A DNA stretch of 64,000 nt from the human T2T-CHM13v2.0 reference genome, Homo sapiens, in NCBI RefSeq assembly GCF_009914755.1, contig NC_060926.1; one strand, 5' to 3'. The notes below the pieces were generated by a model. The model ran no database searches. It worked only from the letters and a program-made list of their open reading frames with translations, and was not told where the DNA came from. Below, one piece after another: positions 28,850 through 46,273 of this stretch. How positions within the stretch are numbered: position 1 is the stretch's first letter; every line of letters begins with the position of its first letter. Made by a program: the position numbers and the translations under genes.

Positions 28850-31150
28850 TCCCGGAGCTCCCCCTACTTCCCCCAAATTAATGTGCCCCCAGCTAGCCCC
28901 TGGCAGGGGGCCTTCCACGTTGGAGTGTGGCCAGGCTCTAGTCACAGCCCCCTTCTCTCCTCCTCCCCCCACTTCTCATGTGGTTGCCGGCAGCTGCCTG
29001 CGGTCGCCCCAGCCCCTGCCCTCAAGGCACAGGGACTTTCCAACAGGGGAAAAAATGACTTAATGAGAGTGAGAGCTGGGGGCGGGAGGGACAGGTCCCT
29101 GTAATCACCGCTCGGCTGTGGGGCCTGCGCTCCTCCGGGCCCTTCCCCGGCTTCCTGCTGCCAGCGCCTCCCTCGGGCTCCGGTTGGGGAGGAGGACAAG
29201 CTGGCGACTGGGGTATCCCTTTTCAGGTGCCAGGCTTTCAGGGGCCCCAGATGCTTTTGCTCCCTAGGCTCGCGGTGTATGGAAGCTGGGACATCCCATG
29301 ATTCCTCTCTGGACCTTGTCCTTGAAGTTAGGGTTGGCGCATAGGAGGTCTCTCCCTGGAGCGGCTAACCCCTGCTGGTGGGTTGGGAGGTATAGGATGG
29401 TGAGGAAGCCCTTTGCCACTTCGCGGCTGCGCACTTTGGAATGCCCCCGGTTACTGTGGTAACCAGGGCAGCCGAGGTGTGTCCTCGGGGCTGGGAGGCG
29501 CCCGCCCCCCCACCTTTTCTCGCCGCCCGCGGGGCCAGGCCGGGCCGCTGCGGTGCGCGGGGGTGGGGGTGTGCCGTTACCATGGCAAGGGTGCGCAAGG
29601 AGGGCACATTCTTCCCCAGGGTGGGAGCGCCCTGGGGATACAAGAAGGGGGGTAACCGAGGCAGCAGAAAGGGGAGGGGGGTCAGAATGAGGGAGGAGTC
29701 TCGGACTAGACTAACCAGGGCTTCTGGGGTTTGGGTGGGGAGTTTGGAATCTGCCCCCACCACCCCCGCAGCTCTCCCGAGGCATCCCGCTCCTCCTCCT
29801 TTCACCCTCGCTGGGGTTCAACCTCCCCCCAACCCACGAAACCCCAGTTTCCGGGGAAGGGATCCCCGGCTACCTACCCAAAGGCCTTTGGCTTCCTCCA
29901 AAGCCGGGCCTGAAGAGCTAAGGGGCCCGCTCCCTTCCCCCCAGTGGAGTTGCAGCCCAGACTGCTGGCCAAAGCCCTGCAATTAAGCCCCTCGCCCGCC
30001 CCTGCGCCGCCCGCCCGTCCTCCGCCAGGCCGGGTCTGCGCCGCCAATTGCAGCAGCACGCAGCAGCTGATTACCCCTACCGGAGCCTGGGGAGCGGCCA
30101 GGGGTGGGGACAGCGGGCAGGTCAAGGGGGCAGGGTCCCTGGGGTTGTCCCTGGCCCCGGGGTCCTTCACTGGAGCTTCTGATTCTAGCGCAGCTTCTCC
30201 GCCCCAAACAATATGGGGAGAAGGGGTCTGCTCAGTACTCCATCCTGCTGTGCCTCAGTTTCTCACTCCTCCACTGCACACCGCACCCAGAGCAGAAAGA
30301 GCTCAGAAACGGTCTGTGTGTATGTGTGGATGTTAGAACATCTGGAGTTAAGGGCTGGATTCTCCACAAGTTCAAGGCCTTAAAGTCCAGCTCTCTTTCC
30401 GGCTGCAGACTGCCGCGTGGGTCTCTCCTGGCCCTGCGCCCCGCCCTGTGGACCCCTCTCGGTCATGCTGAGGCAGCCTAGGGCCGCGGGCAGCCCAGAC
30501 TGCACTTTGGTGGGTATCAGAAAACGTCCCGCCTGGGTGGGAGGCGCCCCTCTTCTGCCCTACAGGGGAAGGCAATCCGGGAGTCTGCAGAGCAGCGACA
30601 GTGGAGTGCTCTGCCACCACCCTTGCCCCCTGCCGTCCCTTCTTCGCCCATCCCTCCTCCGCCTGCGGGTCTGCAGGGGCTCGGGTAGGGCTTCGCGCCT
30701 CCCGCGGTCCAGCTGTCTACATCTGGCCAGCAGCTGGGAGCCGCCCACCGCGAACTGCTGAGGACACAGCGCCCTCTGTTGGTGAGAGGCGGCGGCGCAT
30801 CAGCTTTCGGGCCTTGGGGCGCGTAGCCCCAGTTAATTGGGTGGGTCTCGGGTTCAACTCATCCGCTGCCCTTTGACTTGGGAACCACCCGCCCTCTGCC
30901 TCGCACGGCGCCCAAATCCGACTTCACGGGCCCATTGCTTTCCGCCGGCCGCGGCCTTGCTGGCCCTCTTTCCTCCGTCCCTGTGTGCTTAAAACCCAGC
31001 TCAGCGACCTAGCTAGCTGTCCACCAACCTCCCATTTTTCCAGTTGTCTCAGCTTCGTCCCGCAGGTTCTGCGGCACTATCTCTCCGCGCCCAACGTAAA
31101 AGTCCTTAAATAGGAACATGATTACATAAGTCACCGCCCATTTGCTCAAT
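28850..31150. promoter_or_regulatory. orphan CpG island downstream of WNT10A
   Basis: About 2.3 kb of CpG-rich unique DNA with kB, X-box and CTCF-like motifs; no recognisable protein. Confidence 0.75.
30767..30783 (-). promoter_or_regulatory. CTCF core motif
   Basis: Minus strand reads ACCAACAGAGGGCGCTG, close to the CCASYAGRKGGCRS consensus. Confidence 0.65.
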
Positions 31151-31547
31151 GGAATTCCTCGCCGCGTCCTTAAAAATGAGGCGTTTGAAATATATTTAGT
31201 TCCTGAGACCGTGTTTGCTCTAAATGGATGGGGGGTGGAGGAGAAGATGCAAGACACAAAATAGCACAAGGCAGGGTCCCTCTTTAACGGCAAAAAATTA
31301 TACATGCGATTTGCATTTTAGAAGTCTCAAATAGACATCAAAATGCTAACAAATTATTTTTGGATGGTGGGTGTATAGGTGGCTTAAAATTTGTTCTCTA
31401 TCTGCATTTTCCATTTGTCTATAAGGAACGTGTGTTACTTGGGCACATTAATAATTCTATATACAGATTATTTTCTCCCAAAATGTGAGCATCAAATTAT
31501 ATCATTAGATTGCACTAAATTTTATTTAACTCAATTTATGTAATTTT

Positions 31548-31838
31548 GTTTGGGACAGGGTCTCGCCCTGCCGCCCAGGCTGGAGTGCAGTGGTGCAATC
31601 AAGGCTTGCTGCAGCCTCGACATCCAGAGCTCAAGCGATTCTCCCACCTCAGCCTCCCGAGTAGTTGGGACTACAGGACTACAGGCGCATGCCACCACGA
31701 CCGTCTTTTTTTTTCTTTTAGAGGCGGAGTCTCGCTTTGTATTTTAAGCTGGTCTCTGAACTCCTGGGCTCAAGTTATCCTCCCGCCTCCAATTCCCAAA
31801 GTGTTGGGGTTACAGAGACTGAGCCACTGCCCCTGGCC
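31548..31838 (-). mobile_element. Alu (AluJ-like)
   Basis: Diverged Alu dimer. Confidence 0.88.
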
Positions 31839-32410
31839 AGAATACACTAAATTTTTTAAAAGATCCCGTTTAAAACTAGGAATTGGGGGACCTGGCCTCC
31901 TGACAAGAGCTAATATAATTATGTCATTGTGATTTTCTTTTTAAAACTGTAATGGTTTGTAGTGAGAACAGGTTTCCAATCTCTGAATCCCAGGGCCCAG
32001 GGAAGTCAAGAAGTTGTTAATTGCTTCCATGCGGAAGCCAAATCCATATGCACATTCAGTATTGTCTGTGAATGAATAATGGGTTTATTTTCCATTGCAT
32101 TGCACATGTATGAAGATGCTGCCATGATTAATAATGTAGAAAATTTGTAAATAGTTTAATACCTTTTTAAAAATTCTCTTCTGTCTTTTTGCAATATTAC
32201 ACATTATTAGCTGCCCTCTCCTTACACATATGGAACCCTTTGGTGTCAGTGGTTGATATTGCACTGCCTCAACCTCCTCTCATTCTCCACTGCCTCAGGG
32301 ATTTCATTCACTCCTTCCTTGTCTTTTTCTTTTGAAATAATTTCAACGGTATAGAAAAGTTACAATGATATACAAAGAATTTCCCCCTTTCCTGAACCAC
32401 TTATGAGTAA

Positions 32411-32787
<377 letters not shown>

Positions 32788-33423
32788 TGACTCCCTAATA
32801 TTTTAATATATATTTCCTACAAATGAGGACATCCTCCTTCATAATCTAACACAATGCTCACAATCAGGAAATGAACATTGATACATTAGTTCAATATAAC
32901 CCCCAGACCTTACTGGACTTTCATCAATTGGCCCAATGCTGTCCTTTATAACCAAAGGATCCAGTCTAGGATTATTCATTGCATTTAGTTGCCACGTCTT
33001 TCCAGTCTCCTTCTGTCTGAGATGATTCCTAAGCCTTTCCTTTGCTTTCATGACCAGGACAATTTAGAAGCATAGTACAGTGCTATTGTAGAATGGCCCT
33101 TAATTTTGGCTTATGTGTTGTTTCCTCATGATTAGATGTAGGTTATGCAACTTTGACAGCAATATTACAGATGTTGAGTGTTTTCCTCATTACCTCATTA
33201 TTTATTTTGATGCTCAATTTCCCAGATTTTGTCCAGTTGCCAAGCTGGTTTCTATTGCCATAATTCTTTGAGCACTTGCTTACTTTCTGTCACAGCAAGA
33301 TGTTCCAGGCTTATCTTGTAATTTCTCTGCCACAGCTCTGGAATCAGCCATTGCTCCAAGGGATGCTTCTTTCTTTTAATAGAGAATGATGTGTAGAAGC
33401 CAAGATCTGGGTGCTAGATGTGC

Positions 33424-33520
33424 TCATTGTTCCTGGAGTGTCATTGTTTCTGGAGTGTCATTGTTCCTGGAGTGTCATTGTTTCTGGAGTGTCATTGTTC
33501 CTGGAGTGTCATTGTTTCCA
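33424..33520. repeat. 17-bp minisatellite TCATTGTT(C/T)CTGGAGTG, ~5.7 copies
   Basis: Units start at 33424, 33441, 33458, 33475, 33492 and 33509; the C/T variant alternates. Confidence 0.95.
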
Positions 33521-33579
33521 GACCTCTCAGTGGACAGTCCTAGGAAATATATGTATTATTATACACACATTTATGTCTA

Positions 33580-33601
33580 CTATGTATCTATGTATCTATC
33601 C

Positions 33602-33644
<43 letters not shown>

Positions 33645-33655
33645 ATCTATCTATT
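33580..33655. repeat. (TCTA)n tetranucleotide STR
   Basis: Direct read. Confidence 0.92.
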
Positions 33656-34011
33656 GATCTTTCCATGTAAAAAACAATGAGTTCACCTTTGATTCCAATC
33701 AAACACCACAGGGCTTATTTTTGTTTTCTCCTTTTCGATTTTTGTAACTTCTCTCTTTCTTCTTATTGGATTAATCCTTTGTAAGTAACTGGTTCATTGT
33801 CACTGCTGCTGCTCCCTCCACTCCTCTTGCAGACACTGTCTTGTTCCATCTTGGGCTCTCATAACCTATGCCAGCCCAATGTCCCCTCTGCCCCTGCATG
33901 GGTGCCTTGTCTTGCTTGGCTCTATGTTATGGCTTTTGAGTGAAATTATTCAAAAAGAAAGACCAGCAGGCAGGCAGGAAGGCTGGAAACAGTTTCACTA
34001 TTCTTGGAGCT

Positions 34012-34330
<319 letters not shown>

Positions 34331-34339
34331 TAGATGTAC

Positions 34340-35525
<1,186 letters not shown>

Positions 35526-35546
35526 GTCTACAGAAATCACTACTAA

Positions 35547-36295
<749 letters not shown>

Positions 36296-36779
36296 TAATG
36301 CAGATTCATTATCTTATGTATGTATTTGCTAAGGGCTGAGACTTTGTTTTGTTTACTGTTCTTTTCTCAATGCCTAGCACAGTGCTTGGCATAGACCAGG
36401 CATTTAATATTTGTTGAATAAGTGAATGAATGACTTTCCCCTCCAAACCAGTTCTCCTTAACTTGCTTGTTTCTCTTTGTCACATCATCATTTTCTTAGT
36501 CACTGAACCTCAAAACTGGTGTAAACTTGGACTCTCACCTTCTCTTCTCCTTTCTATATTCAATCAGTGGCCAAGATCTGCTTATTCTTCCACTTCATTC
36601 ACATGGTCAATATCCTAGTTCACCACACACCTCAAACATCACAACGACCTTCCAACTAGCCTCTGTCATTCCTCTTTCTTCCTCTTCAATCCATCCCTAT
36701 CCTATTGTTCTGTTTTTCTCTCCCACGAAGTGCTCTGATCATGTCATTTCCTCTGACTAAAGCTCTCAATGGATCTTTG

Positions 36780-38283
36780 TACCAATTTGGGTTCTTAATT
36801 GCAAACAACAGAAACAGACTCTGGTTCACTTAGTAGAAGAGGAATTTACTGGGATGACATCAGGGAACTCAAAGAATTGACAGGAAGCCTCAAGAATCAG
36901 GCTCAGGAAGCAAGCAGGAGCCAAGAGAAGCTAGGCAGCTAGAACTTTAGCTAAATCCTGTCCCAAGTGCAGCCTGATTAAGGGGCTTGGGGGCTGCTTC
37001 CCACATGGCTACCACCACCCTGAGCACTTGCTGCTGCCACCTCTGGGATGAATTATAAACAGTCCTCTTCCTCCTTGGGTCACTTGTTGAAGATTTAGAG
37101 TCCTGACTGGGAGCATTGATTTGGCTGTGATCTTCCTGCTAGGGGCCAGGTGAGCAAGTATCTGACTTCTCACTAAGACTCACATTAGGGAGGCTCCACC
37201 AACATATGAAGGGGGCTCAGATGCTGGGCAGCTAAAGACTCCAGTGTGTATCCATATGCAGGTTCCTGAGCATTGAAGCCCTCCACCATATGCCACAAAC
37301 GATCATCTCCAGTTTTTTCTCACTTCCACACCATGTTCCACTGAAGCATGACTGTGTGCAGTTCCCTGAGCAGTCCTTTCCTGCCTCAGCCCCTGTAATA
37401 GCTGGGCCCCAAAGGTGGTCCGCCTTGAATCATGCTTCACACCTGTGTATTGTCCCCTCCCCTTGAAAGGGCCAGTCCATGCTTCCTTTTCACTGAGTGT
37501 GCTGTGGAAGCGAAGCTGCATGACTGCTGAAGAGAGGGAATAGGAAGCTTTGCAGTTTTTGCCTCAGTCGCTCGGAATGTTCACTCTGGGGCAAGCCAAT
37601 CACCGTGTATGAGGTCTGTCTACCCAGAGACTACCATGCTATGAGGAACCCGAAACAAGCCACATGGGAAGGCTGTATAGAGAGAGTAATGCCTGGGCAG
37701 GCCCCTTCAGTTCCAGCCAATTCAGATGAGGTGCCAGACATGTGACTTTAAAAAGTCATCTTGGGGCTGGGCTCAGTGGTTCACACCTGTAATCTCAGCA
37801 CTTTGGGAGGCCGAGGCAGGCGGATAACTTGAGGCCAGGAGTTCAAGACCATCCTGGCCAACATGGCGAAACCCCATCTCTACTAAAAATACAAAAAATT
37901 AGCCAGACATAGTGGCACATGCCTGTAGTCCCAGCTTCTCGGGAGGCTGAGGCATGAGAATCACTTGAACCTGGGAGGTGGAGGTTGCAGTGAGTGAGAT
38001 TGCGCCACTACAGTCCAGCCTGGGTGACGAAGTGAGGCTGTGTCTTCAAAAATAAATAAATAAATAAATAAATTTTTAAAAAGTCATCTTGGATATCCAG
38101 CCGAGTTGAGCCTTCAGATGACTCCAGCCTTAGCCACCATCTAACTGAACTGCTTGAGAGACCCCACGTGAGAACTGCCCAGCTGACTGTAGTCAACCCA
38201 CAGGACTGTGGGATGTAAATGGTTATTTTTAAGCCACTGAATTTTGGAGCGGTTTGTTACTCAGTAATAGAAAATGGAAACAG
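36780..38283. mobile_element. MLT1-type LTR fragments (split by an Alu)
   Basis: TTGCAAACAACAGAAAC..., GAGCCTTCAGATGACTCCAGCC, TTTTAAGCCACTGAATTTTGG...AATAGAAAATGGAAACA. Confidence 0.6.
37765..38072 (+). mobile_element. Alu (AluS-like)
   Basis: Dimer with (TAAA)n tail; TTAAAAAGTCATCTTGG on both flanks. Confidence 0.93.
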
Positions 38284-39783
38284 CCCCTCTGTGGTCCATG
38301 TTTCCCTCTCTCTGGAATGTACCCCAACTGTCCTGCCTTAGCTCCATGTCCACTCATATCTGCTCTTGTCAAAATCCTTCCAGTGAGCATGGCACAGTGC
38401 AGAGGAAAGAGCCAGGCTTTGGGGTCAGCCTGTGCGGCGGGAGGGATTGAATCCTAGTTTAGTCTCTCACTATCCCTGTGACCTAAGGCAAAGTCATTAA
38501 GTTCTCTGGACCTCAGTTTCTGTATCTGCTATATTGAAATAAAAACACTCATCTGCTGAAGTTGTTTTGAGGACTAGATGTAATATATGTAAAGTACCTA
38601 GACGTCTCACCCATTTTAGTCTCACTGAATGGTGGCCTTTAGCAGACACTTAGCCTTCTAGCCTGGCATCAAATGGCACTTCTGAGGTCTAATTCTCATC
38701 ACTTATAAATTATATGGTTTTGGAAAATTCCTTAAATTTCTCTGAGCCTTACTCTCCTCATATGTAACATACCTAGACCCTTAAGCCATGTCCCTTAACC
38801 GGCATGGCATCAGAAATCCTTGGAAGAGGAAGTAAACCATGGCCACAGTTGGGGTTCCCCAGTGTCTGGTGGGCTGGGGGTCTGTAGTGGATGGCAGACT
38901 GCAGGGGAGGAACAACAGAGGCCGGAGAGCTCATCACCCTGAGTGAGAAAAAGGTTTCACTGGACAGGGAAGGGGTCCGCCGAACAGGGCAGAGGGAGGA
39001 GTGCTATTTGGAATGTTGTGAGGCTGGGCATGACCACTGGGGCTTGGTGCACCTCTACCCTCACTCCCTCAGGCCTCAGGGCCTTCCTGGTGGAAAGGGA
39101 AACATTTGGGGTATAGGGCAAGAACGGGCTCGCTAGGGCACAGACATCTCTGCTGTGGGAACTCCTTATGAAAGAGCTGAGAATGAGAAACAGAACATGC
39201 TTCCCCACCTCAAGGAGAGAGAGATGTCAGAGAACCATGGACCAGGGGGCAGGCAGAGAGGCAGCAAGTGACGGTGAGATGAGTGGCATTGGCAGCAGCC
39301 CCGACCATGTGGGCAGCAACCCCACCCGGCTTCTTCTCAGACTCTCACTGAAGGTGAGGGCACGTGGAGATGTGGGAAGTTCCAGATGAGAGCACACTGT
39401 ATGATCCCAGTGGCAGCTGCAAAAACAGGCAAAGTTAACTTATGCAGTTGGAAGGCAGGATAGTGGCCTGTAATCCCAACCCAGGAGGTCGAAGCTACAG
39501 TGAGCTATGATCATGCCACTGCACTTAAGCTTGGGTGACAAAGTGAGACCCCATCTCCAAAAAATAAAATAAATAAAATAAAATAAAATAAATAAAATGA
39601 AATAAAAAGGCATGATAGTGGTTATCCCTGTAGGAGATGCAGTGAATAGAGGGAAACAGGAGAAGGGTTTGGGGAGCTGGTAATGATTTGTTTCTTCCTC
39701 AGGGACCTGATTACACTACTTTGTTCATTGTGTTAAAAGTTAAGTGCACATAGGATTTGTGTATTTTTCTGTACGTTACTTCA

Positions 39784-40523
<740 letters not shown>

Positions 40524-41149
40524 TTAGGGGGCTGGAGGCAAGGACCACATGGTGTCTGGCCAGACTTTACATTTCTTCCTCCATTCATTCACCATTCACT
40601 CTGGTTTATTAAGCACCTCCTGCACTTTGAACACTGTACAACACGTGAGAGGATAAAAGATTATTAACAGTAGCAGTTTCCATTTATTGAGAGCTTACTA
40701 TGGAGTAGGCACTGAACACTCACGATAATTCTATGAAGTATTATTATTAACCCCATCTATCAGTTGAAGAAAAATGAGACCCAGAAAGGTTAAGCAAGTC
40801 ATTTAAAGTCACAGAACAAACAAGGTTCCTGGATTTTCCTATGCACCTGTATCTGTGTGGACCCAAAGCCCCGGCACTTCACAATGAACTCCAGCGTCCT
40901 CTAGAAATCTAGGAACCGAAGGACTTCTTGACAAACTGCTCTACGACAGTAACGAGGCCTTAGAGCTGCAGCCAGACTGACTTCGAGTTTCGGCCGCATC
41001 CTTTTCTGTGACCCTCAGCAGGTTCCTTCACTCTTTTGAGCCTCAGTTTCCCCAATTGTATAACGAGGGTAAAAAACCACGCCTTTCTCTCAGGGTTATT
41101 GTGGGTATTCATTGAGAAGACGTGTGTGGAGCCCGGTGTCCGGCACCCA

Positions 41150-41910
41150 GTGAGAGCCTGGAACAATCATTAGGATGTCTGAGTCCTTATCACTCGTGCG
41201 CAGCACAACACGACCGTGGGCACAGGGTTGAAGGCGGTTCCCTACGCCTAGCCTCTCGATAGGAACCTTCAGGGACGGGTGGACTTAAAGGAGCCGGTGG
41301 CCTTAAGAGTCCAGTCGATGCTGCCACGTAATGGGCCTGGGGGAAAGCCCCGATCCCAAGCGCCAACAGAGCAGCCGACCTCAGCCAACCTCAACCAACA
41401 CGTAGGCGAGGATGCCCAGGGTGAGCGCCAGCGGCGAGAAGACGCGCTATCGCGAGATCGGTGGGACCTACGCGTTTACAGGCCGGAAGTGAGGGGCGGG
41501 CCTAAGGGGGCGCGCTCCTTTTGAAACCTGAGACGGAGACCTGCGGAGGGCGAGGGCTGGTTGGAGGTCGCTGTCCTTTCTGGGAACCAAGCAGGGGTCG
41601 CAGGAGGGCGGGGATGGGTCAGCGGGGATCTCTGAGTGGGGTTCGGCTGAGAGAGGCCACAGTTTCATCTTTGGGAAGCTACCCTGGGCCGGCCACGCGC
41701 CGTGAGCCGGACTGGCGACGCCCCCCTGCCTCCACCGTGCTCCTTCACCCGAGAAATTCAGCTCAGCCCCAGCCTCTCGGCAACCTCCCTTTGGCTCCGC
41801 CTTTTAAAGGACCTTTACGGTAAATAACCCCGACGCTTAGGAGAGCTTCCTCTTCTGGGCCCTCAAACTTACCCAGGCCTCTTCTATGGACATGCAAGAG
41901 GTCTTAGCGA
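41150..41910. promoter_or_regulatory. orphan CpG island with promoter-type motifs
   Basis: CpG-rich. TCGCGAGA 41450-41457, ETS CCGGAAGTG 41483-41491, GC box GGGGCGGG 41493-41500. Confidence 0.75.
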
Positions 41911-41989
41911 CGTGTTCACACGATCACAGTTTAAAAAATATATATAAGTAGCAAAACTAAGGTATTTTAAACCAAATCTGTTCTTAACA

Positions 41990-42768
41990 GATTTAAAGAT
42001 TTTAACTCTTAACAGGTTTAAAGAGACCACTGTCTTTTTCCACTGTGACTTTGCCTATCTGGAGGCATTGGAGTGGCTGTGAGCATTTTTAGGCATTTTG
42101 GAGTAGGGAATACACTGAGTTTGAGTTTATGTGGCTCGTGTGTATACTTACGTTTTTGCTAGCCTTCCAGGAATACCCCTAGTCCCCACTGTGCTGAATT
42201 ACAAGCACAGTGACCTGAGTGTGTCAGAAGTCTTTTGGTCATAGATGTCCAGCATCAAAAAAATGGGGAGATATATTTGTCACAGTACAAGGTAATGTGA
42301 AGTTTCTTGATCGCTTATGGCTCATAACAAAAGGCTTGGTAGTTTCCTAAGTTTGACAGTCATCCTAAAATAAGGAGTTGGACAACTGGATCTTTTCTAA
42401 GCTAGCAGCGATAACAAATTTTGATCCACCATTAGAGAGAGGAATGACTCAATTATTTTCCTTTTCTCTCCATAGAATGACAAAAATGTTGTTAAAGAGG
42501 CCATGAAAGACTACACAGCCAAAAAATGTAGTGAGAAAGTGCTTAGCGATATGCCAGGCAGTTAATTTAACAAATAGTGTTTTTTCAATTTTTTGTGTGT
42601 GATGTTTTTGGTATGAGCTTTTTCAATTTTGTAGAGTGATGTAATTTCTTTTCTCATTTTAAATATTTATATTTGTACCTACTTTTGTATTTTAAATTTT
42701 CTATTCTTTTTCTTAACGAATACCATGAGATTATATAAGCTCAGGCCCCCAAATCTACATCTGCCCTT
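41990..42768 (+). mobile_element. hAT (Tip100/Zaphod-like) DNA transposon fossil
   Basis: Decayed similarity near 42430-42540 to the hAT C-terminal dimerisation region, and an end resembling TCAGGCCCC...ATCTGCCC. Recognised by eye only. Confidence 0.45.
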
Positions 42769-43436
42769 GCATGGTTGTTATCCCCTCCTAACCACTCTGC
42801 TCAGGGCAGGGCATGTGTTTATTCTCCTAATTTTTGAGATGAGGAGATGGAAGCCCAGAGAGGTCAAGTCTCTTGCCCAAGGCTTTGCTACTGAGACCAG
42901 CAGAACTAGAACTAGAACCCAGCTCTTTTGGTTCAGTTCAGACGTCTGGTCACACCAGAGAAATGTCCTAATCTAAAACATTTCACCATCTTCAGGGAGT
43001 GGAGTTGAAGTGTGTCTACTTGGCCTGCCTTTGGGTTCTGGATTGTACCTAGCGCAATGAAGCTAAAAGGGAACGAATTGTGTTTCTAAAGTGCCTCCCA
43101 AATCTCAGAGGATGGCAGCCCGCTCTGTGTTCTCCCACCCACCTCTCCCCCAGCAATGAAAGAAGGCTAGCATCTGGTAGGAGACAACCGCTGATGAACT
43201 TCAGCCATGAGACCTCTCTCTGTATCAGGGTGGGAAGTATGGAATCCTTGAACAGAAACAGAATCCGCTGGTGAACCGGCTGTGCGTGAATATGCATGGG
43301 AACATGTCTTTGTTATTTCTCAAGCCAAGTGTATTTTTGGTCTGTTTCCCTGGAGACTTATAGGGAATAGGGAGAGGCCTTACCAAGTGTAGTATAATTT
43401 TGCCAGCTCTACTTCCTTTCCAATTCCCCAAATTAG

Positions 43437-43812
<376 letters not shown>

Positions 43813-44315
43813 CTACCAGTGGTCTTTTCAAATGTAAATCTGATCCACCTCCACTTAAAAATTCATCATTGCTGCTCATTGCTTTTAGGATAAAGACTCA
43901 GTTGAACCCAGTCATCTCCAGTGTAGTCCCAGTCACTCATATTGATCTTTCATTTCTCCCATGGGCCATCCACCTCCCTGACACAAGGCTTTTGCACATG
44001 TTCCTTTTATTTATACCTGCTATTTCCAGACATTGTTTTGGTGCTGGGGATATGACAGTGAACAAAGCAGGCAAACATTCCTGCCATTCTAGAGCTCACT
44101 TTCTCGTGGTTGCTTTTTGGTTGGAATGTTCTTGACCTTTTTATTTTGTTTTGTTTTGTTTTTGTGTTTTTGTGTTTGTTTTTTCATAGGGAGTTTAGGA
44201 TTTATTTATTTATTTTAGAATAACAGCTTTATTGAGATATAATGCACACACATTAAAACTCATAAAATTCACCCATTTAAAATGTGCAGTTCAATTTAGG
44301 ATATTCAGAGTTGTA

Positions 44316-44736
<421 letters not shown>

Positions 44737-45207
44737 CTAGACAGCCAGTCTACTTTCTATCTCTATGGATTTGCCAGTTTTGTACATTTCATATAAATAG
44801 AATCATGTGGTGTTTCGTGACTGGCTTCTTTCACTTGGCATAATGTTTTCAAGCTTCGTCCACGCTGCCATGCCGTAGCATGTATCAGTACTTCAATTTT
44901 ATTGCCAGGTAATATTCCATTGTGATAGATCACATTTTGTTTATCTGTTCATTCGTGGAAGGACATTTGGGTTATTTCCACTCTTTGGCTATTATGAATA
45001 ATGATGCTATGAACATTCATGTACAATTTTTTGTATGAACATACGTCTTCATTTTCTCGGGTATAAACCTAGGAGTGGAATTGCTGGATCCTATGGTAGC
45101 TTTATGTTCAACTTTTTGAGAAACTGCCAGATTTTTACAAAGTGGCCGTACCATTTTACCTTCCTACCAATAGTATATGAGAATTCCAGTTTCTCTACAT
45201 CCTTGCT

Positions 45208-45666
45208 ATTATAGGTTGAATTGTGGCTCCCCAAAATTCATGTGTCGAAGTCCTAATCCCCAGTACCTCATAATGTGAAATTATTTGGAGTCATTTGGAG
45301 TCATTATATTAATAGAGTCATTATAGATGCAATTAGTGAGGCTGAGATGAGGTCTTATTGGAGTAGGTTGGGCCCCTTATCCAATATTACTGGTGTCTTT
45401 TATAAAAATGGGAAATGTGGACACAGACACGCACACAGGGAGAATGGCACGTGAAGACTGGAATTATACTGCCATAGCCAAGGACCTACCAGAAGCTAGG
45501 AGAGAAACCTGGAACAAATCCTTCTTTGGGGCCTTCAGAGGGAGCATGGCCCTCTGATAACTTGATCTTGGACTTCTTGCCTCCAGAACATGAGACAACA
45601 AATTTCTGTTGTTTAAGTCACTCAGTTTGTGGTACTTTGTTATGGCAGCTTTAGCAAACTGATACA
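45208..45666 (+). mobile_element. MLT1-like solo LTR nested in L1
   Basis: GGTTGAATTGTGGCTCCCCAAAATTCA...GGCAGCTTTAGCAAACTGATACA. Confidence 0.75.
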
Positions 45667-45974
45667 CTCTCTGACACTTGTTATTTTCCATTTTTGTAGT
45701 TATAACCATCCCACTGGGTGTGAAGTGGTATCTCATTTGATTTTGACTGGCACTTCCCTATGCAAATGATGTTAAGCATGCTTTCATGTGCTTATTAACC
45801 ATTTGTGTATCTTCTGATAAATGTCTATTCAAATCCTTTGCTTATTTAAAAAAATTGGGTTGTCTTTTTACTATTGAATTTTAGGAGTTCTTGATGTAGT
45901 CTAGATAGAAGTCCCTTATTAGATATATGTTTTGCAAACATTTTCTCCTATGCTCAGGTATCTTTTCACTTTCT

Positions 45975-46273
<299 letters not shown>

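Noticed and set aside
33424-33520. CRISPR-like appearance of the regular repeat
   Set aside because: Units are contiguous with no spacers, the context is eukaryotic and there are no cas genes; it is a minisatellite.
43040-43340. Unique segment with short ORFs on both strands near the 41.5-kb island
   Set aside because: No recognisable homology or clear splice-site pair.
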